Assembly: GCF_046119375.1 (NCBI RefSeq)
Contig: NW_027362765.1
Coordinates: 252,960,001 to 253,024,000, forward strand
Direction: 5' to 3'
DNA length: 64,000 nucleotides
From: Phyllobates terribilis
Lineage: Eukaryota
The stretch's first letter is position 1. The number at the start of each line of letters is the position of its first letter. Shown piece after piece: positions 13,211-25,400 of this stretch. The notes under the pieces are model-generated. The model saw only the letters and a program-made list of their open reading frames with translations. It did no database searches and was not told the DNA's origin. A program made the position numbers and the translations under genes.

Positions 13211-14132
13211 GGCTGCATGCCCACTATGCGGTTTTCAAGCGTTTTTGCCGCGGAATTTCCACAGCGAAAATACGTGCCCCATGGTCCCCAATGATAATCC
13301 GCATGTGCTGTGCACATGCTGCGGAAATTTCCACTGCAGATTATCATTGCGGAAAAATATGCAGCATGTCCATTAATTTTGCGGACATGCAGCGTAATTG
13401 CCGCCATTGACTTGCATTGAATCGCTTACTATCCGTATGACTACATGTGCACATGCGGATATTAAGCGATTCAATGTGCGGATGGTACCCGGGTCTGGAG
13501 AAGAGGAGACTCTCCTCCAGACTCGGGTACCAAAGAACCTGTTAAAAAAAAGAATTTAAAATAAAAAATAAACATATACTCACCTTCTGATGTCCCCCGG
13601 TCTCCTGTATGATGCGTCCTGGCTCCCCGACGACTCGCGATGGTCTAAAAGGACCTGTGGTGATGTCATTTAGTCATGTGACAGGTCACGCGACCGCTGA
13701 CGTCGGTGGTCGCGTGACCTGTCACATGACTAAATGACGTCATGAAAGGTCCTTTCACACCACCGCGAGCTGTACAAGAGACCGGACGCACAGGAGAGGA
13801 GACCGGGGGCCATCAGAAGGTGAGTATAATGTTTTATTTACATTTTTTTACCATCTTTAATCTTTTTTTCAACTATTAACTTGGTCACACTATATAAATC
13901 CATGCAGATTGCATGGATTTATATAGTGTGACCAAGTTGTCAAGCACTTTCCAAGTGATGCTAAAATCACTTGGAAAAGCGCTTGATAACCCGCATGCAG
14001 AAATGCATGAAAAAAAGCTCGACAAAAGCTTCTACCTGGCAGGAAAAACGCATGTACAATCCGCATGTGTTTTTTCCTGCCAGGGAGAAGCAGAAAAAAT
14101 ATGCAGCAATTCTGCATCGTGGGGACTTAGCC
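13211..14132. mobile_element. Harbinger-type non-autonomous element
   Basis: GGCTGCATGCCCAC / GTGGGGACTTAGCC-TAA ends; homologous to 36142-36780. Confidence 0.7.
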
Positions 14133-14886
14133 TAAAGACTTTAAGTTGGACATTCTTAGGTCACTGCCTGTTAAATCGCAATGTGTGAACACCGCCGCAC
14201 TACACCCCCTATATACAGTATGAGTCCCCACACAGCCCCCTATATACATGAGCCACCCACAGCCCCCTATATACAGTATAAACTCCCACACAGACCTCTA
14301 TGTCCGTATGAGGAACAGATCCACACACATCTGAAAAAAAAAAAATACATACTCACCTCACTCCTGTACCTCCGGTGCTCTGCTCCAGTCTGTGCTGTGT
14401 GCACTGACGCACCGAACAGCAGACATCATGTAGTGACGTCATCACACACACTGAATGCTGGAATAAGGAGCTGGCGTCTTCGTCCTTCACAACTGAATTT
14501 ACCGCTATCTGCATCCCAACGATTGACAGTTTGGGCCACTAGCATGGTGGCGCCGCTGGATCAAACAAAGCGCTCTCCGATACAGCTAGCAGAGGCAGCC
14601 TCGTCTCTGCAGCATGGAAGAAGCACAGAGGGAATAAGGCTGGCCGAATCCAGCCAGCCAGCTACAGACCAGTGCGAGCAGGTTATAAAGCATTGAGCAT
14701 GAAATCGACAGGCGCTCCTTGCCTATGTAACTGGCCACCAATGAGACTGCAGGGTGATCTTTAATCTAGGCAACAAGCTCTACACCATAGAATTAAAAAT
14801 CCTGCCATTATTGAGAAGGGAGAGGGTTTTTAATAAAAGGTAAAATGTAAAGTTGCTTGTTTAGACAAGCAATTTGAACCATTTAA

Positions 14887-15182
14887 AGGTAATCTGGCAG
14901 GCAGCTTGAATCAGAGCCTCTCTGCACTATTGCAGACAGTTTTGCGTTACTCTGGCTGACTTTTTTAAAAGCATATTTACGCTTAAACACTGCAGCATTT
15001 CAAAGACTATAGAGAGACCCGACTAGTCTGCTGGGGCCATGGATGGCGCCTCGGTGCCTCATTCCTGATTGACAGGTCTCTTACAATATATACACATGGG
15101 AGGTACCTGTCATTCAACTGAAGCACAGTGGGAGAGAGGCCAACCAGGGACCTCACTGGACCAATCTAATGACAGGTTCCCT
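14887..15182. mobile_element. T2/Kolobok MITE
   Basis: TTAA TSD, AGGTAATCTGGCA / TGACAGGTTCCCT ends. Confidence 0.7.
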
Positions 15183-15469
15183 TTAACAACTTGAGGCAAA
15201 CCCTTTGAATCACATTTACAGAGATCAAATGCAATAGCATGCAAACATGTAGCACATAATTATTCGGTTTAGATGTTTAGTGGAGAGGTGTAGGGAATTC
15301 ATCACATTAGACAATTGCATAAAGTGTTCCTGTTAGGCTAACATGTTGTGACTGCAATGCAGTTTTCTTTTGAACCACAAGGGGGCACTCCTATCATTCT
15401 GTATTTTGTGGTTACAGTATATTTTTACACAAGATATAGGGAATAGTGATGTAGAAGGTAATACTGTAT

Positions 15470-16346
15470 GGCTATTATAGAACGGTCAAAAAAAATCCCT
15501 GCATCAGTATTATTTCACCACTATAAAAAGAATAATTTGGCCATTTTACCATTTTTGGCCCAATAGCATTATAATGTAATACGCATTTCACAATGTGGTG
15601 TATCTTATATAAAAATTCTAGTAGCAAATAAAATACAATAATTTGATAAAGATCTGGAATCATCAGGATTTTGCACTCAATTTATATATGAATAGTGACA
15701 AAATTGTCTATTGTAATAGATTCCCAATCCCGGTCACAGATCGCATAAACTAGATACCATACGCATCAACTGCCATAAAGATTTATCTACAACATTTCAT
15801 AATAAAACATGATACAGATTTCCAAGGTGCATCAACAGTATATAAAAAATATTATATAACAGCATTGGCATATTCCGGTTAGTAAATATATATTTATAGA
15901 GGTTTATACATACATATATATAAAATTACTTTAAAATAGACTTTTCTTACAAAAGATTCAATCATTTACAGTTTAATTTTAGCAAAAAGAGAATAATACA
16001 GTTTCATCAAACTGAAATGGATATGGCAGTAGACAGACAAGCTTGGGGCAGGGGCTTTACGTTGTTTGAGATGGTTATTTTATATATTTGCCCTAAATCG
16101 GCAGTATGGGTGATTCAGAACTAAAAAATAAAACCTCTCAGAACAATGCGTCAGCCATATCAAGGCCATGTCATTAAGAAAAAAGTGTGGGGGAAATCGA
16201 GTGCTGCAGAAGTTCTAAATCCAAACCAAATTCTTTGACAGTGATTGATGTGCAATAGGTGGAGCCACAGCTGATGCCCAAAGCTAGAAGAGTTGTGCCG
16301 TCATGTAGTCCCAGCTAAAGTGCCAAAAATATGGGAATATGACTCC
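15470..16346 (-). other. putative caskin 3' UTR
   Basis: Unique AU-rich sequence downstream of the stop, with ATTAAA (minus) at 15972-15977. The 3' end is not determined. Confidence 0.4.
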
Positions 16347-16437
16347 TCAATCCAACATGGCTTCCAGCTGCTCGGCAAGGTCATCGAACATTGTACTGAT
16401 GTCATCCAAGATGTTCTTCGTCAGAGGAGCTGTGTCA
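16347..16437 (-). CDS. CASKIN2: caskin last coding exon: [29 protein letters not shown]
   Basis: Conserved caskin C-terminus with TGA at 16349-16347. Confidence 0.95.
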
Positions 16438-19400
16438 CTAACAGAAGTAAGACATTATTGGAGTTATGAACTGATAGTTTTCAATCCAAAGAAACACAAA
16501 TCAATTATTCAACTACAATTGTTTATATTGTCACACACATGCAATGTATATAATATTATTGGGTATTTAGTAAGGCAAAATGAAATGACAGGTCCCTGTA
16601 AACTGCCCCCAATGCCAAAGTCGCTCTGCGTGCTCACAGTACCAGCAGCTTCCGGAGCATGGACATAATAAAAATGAAGCTGGGGAGTACATCCATCTTG
16701 AATGTGCAAGCCCAGGAAGTGCAAGCAGGCGTGGGATTTCATTGTATAGGGCGGTGACATTGAGGCACTCAACGCCGTCACACTGTGGTGGGCGTCACTA
16801 CCTACTGGGGCACGTTACATAACTGCGCATTGTGGGCAGTTTAGAAGGGTAAGTTCCCTTTAAAGAATTATTCTCAAAAAATCAAGTTATACCTTATCTG
16901 ACCACCTGGATGCCCAGCGATCCCAAGGATGGGCCTATGTAGCACAGTCTTGAATAGAGTGGAGGTGTGCATACTCGATCTCAGAACCATTTACTGTCTA
17001 TATGACTACTAGGAATAGCTAAGCAATTCTTCCGTCTCTACCACAGATAATGAATAGAGTGGAATCCAAGCATGCACACCTCCACTCCATTCAGGACTCA
17101 TCCCCCGGGATAGCTGGGTGTTCCAGCAAGTGGACCTCCAGCAATCAGCAAGTTATCCCCTATCCTGTTACGGGAGTGTTCTTTTTTTGGGAGGGAGCGG
17201 GAGCAATGCTTTGTAGGGAACCTACTATGTAAAAAAAAAAAAAAAAGCAAAAAAACTTTATTAACCTGCAGATATGGGGTTAAAGAAGTTGACCACAACT
17301 TTTTATTATGCCCCCAATGTATCCCCCGGGGCCCGTAAGTGTCTTTGTAATTACCTTCTGTTGCAGATTCTGCCTGTGAGCGGCGCTATCGGTGGCCGCT
17401 CACAGGCATCACGTGACCCCGCGCCGACGTCACGACAAGCGAGGCGTGACTCAGCGCTGGGGTCCCCGCGGTGGCTGCTGGGTTGTGGGAGGGGTTTCCC
17501 CGCAGGTCACACCCAGCATCCATTGCGCGCTTTCCCAATGAATGAGGGCAGGGAGAGCGCGTGGTCGATGGTGGGTTTGACGTGCGGGGTAACTCCACCC
17601 ACAACCCAGCATCCACCGGTGGAACGCAGAAGAGGGACCCTTGGCTGCAGCCTGGACTTGTCGTGACGTCAGCGGATTTCAGAGCCGTCTGCAGCCTGGG
17701 GGTCAGATGATGCCTGTGAGCGGCCAGTGATAGCGCCGCTCACAGGCAGAACCTGCAACAGAAGGTAATTACAAAAACACTTATGGGTCCCGTTGAGATA
17801 CATTGGGGAGGGGATAATAAGTAGTGGACAACCCTTTTAATAGCGTTCTGAAGCGGCCTGATGTCCACACTGAGAGCCCCGCTGCCAGGAGGAAATGAAA
17901 TGTATTCCTCCCAGCAGCCCCGGGTTTCAGTCATAGGGGTGGGCTGGCACAACTTCAGTCACCACTCAGTGCATAGTGTGCGGTGGCTGTAGCCACACAC
18001 CAGCATTGATTGACTGTTGGCGCGAAAGCTGAACCACATGTCAGTCAGTGCCGGAGCATGGTTACAGCTGCCACTCACTATGCACTGAGCGGTGACTTAA
18101 GCTAAGCCAGCCCACTCCCATGACTGAATGCCTGGGGCTGCCAGAAGGAACAAAGTTAACTTCCTCCTGGCAGCGGGGCTCTCTGTGTGTGTGCTGAGCA
18201 GCTTCAAAACACTATTAACCAGCAGATTAATAGTGTTTTTTTTTACATGACTGGTTCCCTTTAAGATATGTATTAATCTGTCAATTGTGGCATATTCTAG
18301 CAATACGTCCTAACCTACAATCATGGTGACACTCCCTCACCTTTACTGTAGCATGAATTACCTGATATTTGTTTCTATAGGTTCACGCTCAACTTGGGTT
18401 TTCTGAGGTGAGGTGGTATATCTCAATGGCCCAAGCTGTGAGTGGTCCTGGTTCTGTGAAGACACCTTACTCCATTCCCTAACGACAGTGCAAGATTCGT
18501 TTGCCCACACAATGGAATTTGTATTTGGAGGTGGACCATTTGTTCCCCATGAAGGCTTCTGTAACACCTGCTCTGGCCCCGATATCACCAAGTGCGCTTG
18601 AGAACCTATAAACCATAAGAAACGGATGGTTCCTGATCAGGAAGGTTATAATAGCATTTGGACGCTACATGTATACAATAAAAGTCCTTAAAACATACAA
18701 TCCTAACCAAGGAGACTAATGCAACAAAACCACATGCCATATAGGTAAATCTATATAGGTATTGTGCATTCGCACCATCTCATCATCTGAACATTTGGTA
18801 AATCATGCTCAATCATGAGGCAAACTCATGATTGGCTATCAATAACCAAAGAAAAAGCAGCAGTATAACAAAAAAGTATAGAAACAGTTAATATACAGTA
18901 CAGACCAAATGTTTGGACACATCTGCTCATTTAAAGATTTTTCTGTATTTTCATGACTTTGAAAATTGTACATCCACACTGAAGGCATCAAACTATGAAT
19001 TAACACATGTGGAATTATATACTTAACAAAGAAGTGTGAAACAACTGAAAATATGTCTTATATTCTAGGTTCTTCAAAGTAGCCACCTTTTGCTTTGATG
19101 ACTGCTTTGCACACTCTTGGCATTCTCTTGATGAGCTTCAAGAGGTAGTCACCGGAAATGGTCTTCCAACAATCTTGAAGGAGTTCCCAGAGATGCTTAT
19201 TTCCACGCTGATAAAAATGCACCCAAGATTTTTTTTTTTTTTGGTCACACGCTGGACAAAGTGACCCTCCACTTTTGGAATATTCTGTCATTTCATAGAG
19301 ACCCTGGCTAGGATCAGTGTGGGTCCATAGCACTGTAATGCAGATTCATTACAATCTCAATGATTTTTATAAACGTGTTAAAGGATTATTCTTGTCTTCT

Positions 19401-22400
19401 AAGATGAGTACTTTTACAAAGTGCTTCTAAAAAAAAGAAACAACTTTGCAATTTTCTTATTATTAGAATTGTGCCCCATTATCCCCAAATTTTTAATTCT
19501 TTATTTGTTTTCTAGGAAATTGGCTGCTGTCGTAGCCAAACATGCACAGGGCCTACAAGCACTTTCATAGTGAGCCTTTAAGCACTGCACTGAGGCTGGC
19601 CAGATCGCATTGTTAGCTTTGGTCCCGGCCAGCTTCAGTTCCTTAGCGCTTCCAATACAGTCGACACAATTCTAACTTATGTAGCAGCATCTGGAGAGCC
19701 CAGATCAGGCCTGCAGCGCAACGAGGCTGGTCTGAACAGTCACTCAATAGGGAGCGCCCACCCCCAAGTAATCAGAAAGTCGGAAAGCAGGAGAGCAGTG
19801 TGCTTTATAACAATTGTTTACAAACCTGGATAGCTCCAAACTAAAAGGGATTTTCTGGAATATAAAGTGGTTTTGCCTTTTTTTCCCTCTAGAAACAGTG
19901 ACGCTCCTAAGGCGTAATAGCATACAAAGTCAAAAGAGCAGGATCGGCAGTGTTTTTGTGGGTTGGTGGAGGGAAGGAAAAAGGAGACCCTCATTTTCTC
20001 AATTTTTTTTTTTTTTTAGAGCCGAATTTGACTAAGCACTTGGGAAACCACCAATGCCTGTCTGTGGAAGACATGATTTAAAAAGAAAAAAAAAAGACAA
20101 AATTAATTCAGTTGTCTCACAAAAATGACACCTTTGTATGCTGGCAAATGATCAAAAAAAGCACTCTCTCTTAAAAGAAAAGTAAGGTTCAAAGATTGCA
20201 ATAATGGTTATGTCGTCCAAAGCCTACAATAGAGGGGAGTTAGCGCCCTTTGTTCTTTGACTGGGGATCTGCCATTTAACTCAAAAGGAATGTATTACAA
20301 TGCGATAAAAAAAATACACACAAAACTGTTCATTTTCATCAGCAAAAGTCTTAAAAGGGGTTGTCCCACAAGCAAAGTACATTTTAATTAATAGATTTTG
20401 GAATAATAATAAGTTCAACAATTCGATGTTTAAATAAAATGTTCCTGTGCTGAGATAATCTTATAAATGTGCCCCTGCTGTGTACTGTGTAATGGCCATG
20501 TCTGACCGTGCTGGAAAATGGTCTGATCATACCACAGCTCCTGGGCAGAGGAGGAAGCAAAAGAGAGTATACAGACAGGACAGCAGGGGATCACAGCTGA
20601 TTCATTTTGTGAAGTAATACATTTCACTCTCTGTTTTTAAACAACGTTTTATCTCAAATTAAGAATCAGCTGCAACATCCTACTGTAACGTCTGTATACT
20701 TTTTTTTCTTTCCTCCCCTGCCCAGGAGATATGGTATGATCAGACCATGTTCCTGTACGGTCAGACACAGCCATTACACAGTACACAGCAGGGGCACATT
20801 TATAAGATTATCTCAGCACAGGAACATTTTTTAACTCATCTAATTGTGGAACTTATTATTCCAAGATTTATTGATTAAAAAATTTATATGTGGAAAACCC
20901 CATTAAAATACTTTTTAAGCATTTCATAGCATTTCTAACTGGGTACACTACCTAATTTTTCTACTTTTTCCCTTCTCTTCTCAATTTCTTCTTGATATTT
21001 GTCTCTTGTTTCCAAGCCTAGAGAACCTTTCTCAATCTTGTCTATTCTGTTCACAACAGAATCTGGTGCTGGAGGACCACATAAAGTGCTTGCTTCGGCT
21101 GGTACAGGAGTGGTTGGACTTTTGAGATCTGCTTCTTGATGGCTGCCTGCCTCTTTGTCTTTGATCTTTGGTCTTCTCTTCACTGTATCGGATTCAGTGA
21201 GGTGGAATTCCAGCTCCGCATTTACTTTGGAGCCATGATCCTCAGTAAGGAATTTAGAATCAAGATTTGGCTTAGGACTGATAAGGGGTTTGGCTCCTAT
21301 AGAAACCTCTTTTTTTGTGTCGGGAATCAGCATTGTTTCAGAGCTGGCTTGTGAATGCACAGGAGTTCGTGACTGTACCGCTGAGAACAGTTCTGCAGCT
21401 GTGACAAACTCTGCCTTGGTTGATGGAGGTTTGGGTCTTTGTTTGATGGTAAGGTTTCCCTCCTCAGCAAAAGGAATGCTCTCACTTGAGCTATGCTGTG
21501 ATGAGATAGTTTCCTCTTTTCTCTCATCTTCTTGTCTTACTGCAAGTGGCAACGATAATCTCCCCTCCACTCCGGCGGCTGATTCACTCACTGTTCTTCT
21601 TCGAGCTCCAGAATTCTCCAAGACTACAGTTTTAGAAACCTCTGTTGGTTTAAACTCCAGCTGTCCCTCCAGACTTGCCGCTATGCTTTTCACAGAGTTA
21701 TTTCCAACAGTAGTGCCGCCATCCACACTAGACATGGAACTTAGTCTCTTAGGAGGTGGGGGAGGTGGTCCTTTCCTGCGTGCCCGTACAGCAAAGGATT
21801 GACTCCGTAGGACTTTCTTTACTGGCTGCCCATTTGTGAGGGAGCTACGACCTGGACGACGCGTAAGTGTAGCATAAGAACTCAGCGTCACTGATCCTGA
21901 AGTTGCCGTCTTCTCATCGTCCTCTGGTTCTCCATCTGACAAAGCATAGCGACATACGCTCAATGATCGTTTTTTCATAGAGGGCTTGGGAGGAGGCACA
22001 GGAGGCTCTGGACGTACAGAGGAACCATTTGCAATACTTTGTAATTGGTCCATTCCCTCTGGCAAGTTCCTTTCTGGTAAATTGGAGTCCAAAACTTTAA
22101 AGTTAGTGAGTACTGGCGCTTGGAGAGTCATAGAGTCTTGAGAGTGACCTGAGCCCTGCGAACGAGAACTAATACTCTCCTGACTATATGAACGCCTTCC
22201 CGTACACAGCATCTCTCCACCATGTGTTAATGCACTTTGGAGTTCCCGGCTTAACTCCACATTTTGAAAGGTCTGTAGCTTGGGGGTAACTGGTGGTTCT
22301 CCATTTTCAAGGAGCTCTACAACAGGAACAGATGACAATGAACCTGATGTTCTAGATCTTAAGGTGCCTCCGCTTGTGTATCCCTTCTGGAGATCAAGCA

Positions 22401-25400
22401 AGCGTTTGACACCCAGAAGCAACTTCTTTTGGTGACCTGAGAAATGTAATAAAAATCATTTTAGTAATATATCTGTTTCTGTATATACATAAAACAAGTG
22501 TGAGACAACTAAAAATGATTTCATGCACAAGCTCTTTTACCTAGTCTATGAATTCCAATCTCCTGCAGGTCCTCCCATGTCAGTTCTGTCACACTGGTCA
22601 GAGATTCGTATCCATTCTCCGACAGCTGCTTGTGGTACTCAGGAAGCCCTAACTGAGAAAGCCAATCCCACACGTCTACCTAAATAACCAAATGAGAAGA
22701 GACAGTTCCATTACATAGAACAAGAACTTAAACTGATGCTTTGAGAGAGTGGATATGGGTTTCTCTACATTATAGGCTGCCCTTGTTTTTCCAGCCTTTA
22801 TTTAAATATCTGATTTCTTCTGACAGATAGTTGTTTCTAAACTATCATCATCTCGGTGTCAGGTCGCAGATAGGGCACCCCTAAATCTAAATTAATTTCA
22901 TGCATTTTTGTTGTTTTGTACATTCCTATGTCCCAGTTTCAAACACTATAATGGGGTTCTGTCCCTCAGGACCTGTAAAAGGCTCCAAATTTAAAATATA
23001 ATGTCTGTAAGAATGATTGGGGTTACAAAAAACAAAGTTTAAATAAAAGGTGGTGACTAGAAAGACAAGAGAATTCTTACTGGTGTTTTTTGAGGAAGTC
23101 CATCTGTAACGCTCATTCTGCCGATCTCAGTAGAAATTTTCTTCCTGTGCCCAGGTTTTGTTACACCAATTGCTGTGAGATCCTATAGAATAAATGGGAG
23201 ATAATGAAGTATGTACAGAATGATGACTGAGTTTTGCGTGTGAATCCGTTATTGCTTAATCGCCCTCACCTCTGGGGTCATGCGGCTGATTGTCGAAAGA
23301 TCATAGCCTGCCGACAAAAAGTTCCCCACATACATGTCCAGCTGGAAGCTACGAAGCCAGCAATATATAAGCTCTGCGTCCTAAAAATAAAGCAGACAAA
23401 AGGGTTACAATGTATATAGTATGTTTAGCAAAAATGTCTATCATCTAATAAGACTCACAACTGTCAATAAGACGTTTCCCCAGAACTCATTTTAAACTTT
23501 GCACCTAATACAGTACAGACCAAAAGTTTGGACACACCTTCTCATTTAAAGATTTTTCTGTATTTTCAAGACTTTGAAAATTGTACATTCACACTGAATG
23601 CATCAAAACTATGAATTAACACATGTGGAATTATATACTTAACAAAAAAGTGTGAAACAAATGAAAATATGTCTTATATTCTAGGGTCTTCAAAGTAGCC
23701 ACCTTTTGCTTTGATGACTGCTTTGCACACTCTTGGCATTCTCTTGATGAGCTTCAAGAGGTAGTCACCGGAAATGGTCTTCCAACAATCTTGAAGGAGT
23801 TCCCAGAGATGTTTAGCACTTGTTGGCCCTTTTGCCTTCACTCTGCGGTCCAGCTCACCCCAAACCATCTCGATTGGGTTCAGGTCTGGTGACTGTGGAG
23901 GCCAGGTCATCTGGCGTAGCACCCTGTCACTCTCCTTCTTGGTCAAATAGCCCTTACACAGCCTGGAGGTGTGTTTGGGGTCATTGTCCTGTTGAAAATT
24001 AAATGATAGTCCAACTAAACGCAAACCGGATGGAATAGCATGCCGCTGCAAGATGCTGTGGTAGCCATGCTGGTTCAGTATGCCTTCAGTTTTGAATAAA
24101 TCCCCAACAGTGTCACCAGCAAAGCACCCCCAAACCGTCACACCTCCTCCTCCATGCTTCATGGTAGCAACAAGGCATGTAGAGTCCATCCGTTCACCTT
24201 TTCTGCGTCGCACAAAGACACGGTGGTTGAAACCAAAGATCTCAAATTTGGACTCATCAGACCAAAGCACAGATTTCCACTGGTCTAATGTCCATTCCTT
24301 GTGTTCTTTAGCCCAAACAAGTCTCTTCTGCTTGTTGCCTGTCCTTAGCAGTGGTTTCCTAGCAGCTATTTTACCATGAAGGCCTGCTGCACAAAGTCTC
24401 CTCTTAACAGCTGTTGTAAAGATGTATCTGCTGCTAGAACTCTATGTGGCATTCACCTGGTCTCTAATCTGAGCTGCTGTTAACCTGCGATTTCTGAGGC
24501 TGGTGACTCGGATAAACTTATCCTCAGAAGCAGAGGTGACTCTTGGTCTTCCTTTCCTGGGGCGGTCCTCATGTGAGCCAGTTTCTTTGTAGCACTTGAT
24601 GGTTTTTGCAACTGCACTTGGGGACACTTTCAAAGTTTTCCCAATTTTTCGCACTGACAGACCTTCATTTCTTAAAGTAATGATGGCCACTTGTTTTTCT
24701 TTACTTAGCTGCTTTTTTCTTGCCATAATACAAATTCTAACAGTCTATTCAGTAGGACTATCAGCTGTGTATCCACCAGACTTCTGCACAACACAACTGA
24801 TGGTCCCAACCCCATTTATAATGCAAAAAATCCCACTTATTAAACCTGACAGGGCACACCTGTGAAGTGAAAACCATTTCCGGTGACTACCTCTTGAAGC
24901 TCATCAAGAGAATGCCAAGAGTGTGCAAAGCAGTCATCAAAGCAAAAGGTGGCTACTTTGAAGAACCTAGAATAGAAGACATATTTTCAGTTGTTTCACA
25001 CTTTTTTGTTAAGTATATAATTCAACATGTGTTAATTCATAGTTTTGATGCTTTCAGTGTGAATGTACAGTTTTCAAAGTCATGAAAATACAGAAAAATC
25101 TTTAAATGAGAAGGTGTGTCCAAACTTTTGGTCTGTACTGTATATCATTTTTATACAGGTTGGGTAACTTTGTAAATACACTGAATTACCTATCTGACAC
25201 TAATCCTGAGTGACAGCCTGTATAGTAGCCCAGGGAAGCAGTCTGAGGTTCCTGGTTCCTTCTGGAATCAGACACCACAACGCCAAACAACTAAAGCAGT
25301 TGAGCTTAACTTCCTCAGTGCAAAGGATTCTGGGAGAGATAGATTTTCGGCGTCACACCGTATGGAGGTTGATTTAAAGACTACATTTCCCTAACTGCAG

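Noticed and set aside
19570-19612. ASLSAVLKG resembling the missing caskin-tail helix
   Set aside because: Flanked by in-frame stops with no usable splice sites.
21136-21802. Plus-strand ORFs over the large caskin exon
   Set aside because: Antisense shadows of the real coding frame.
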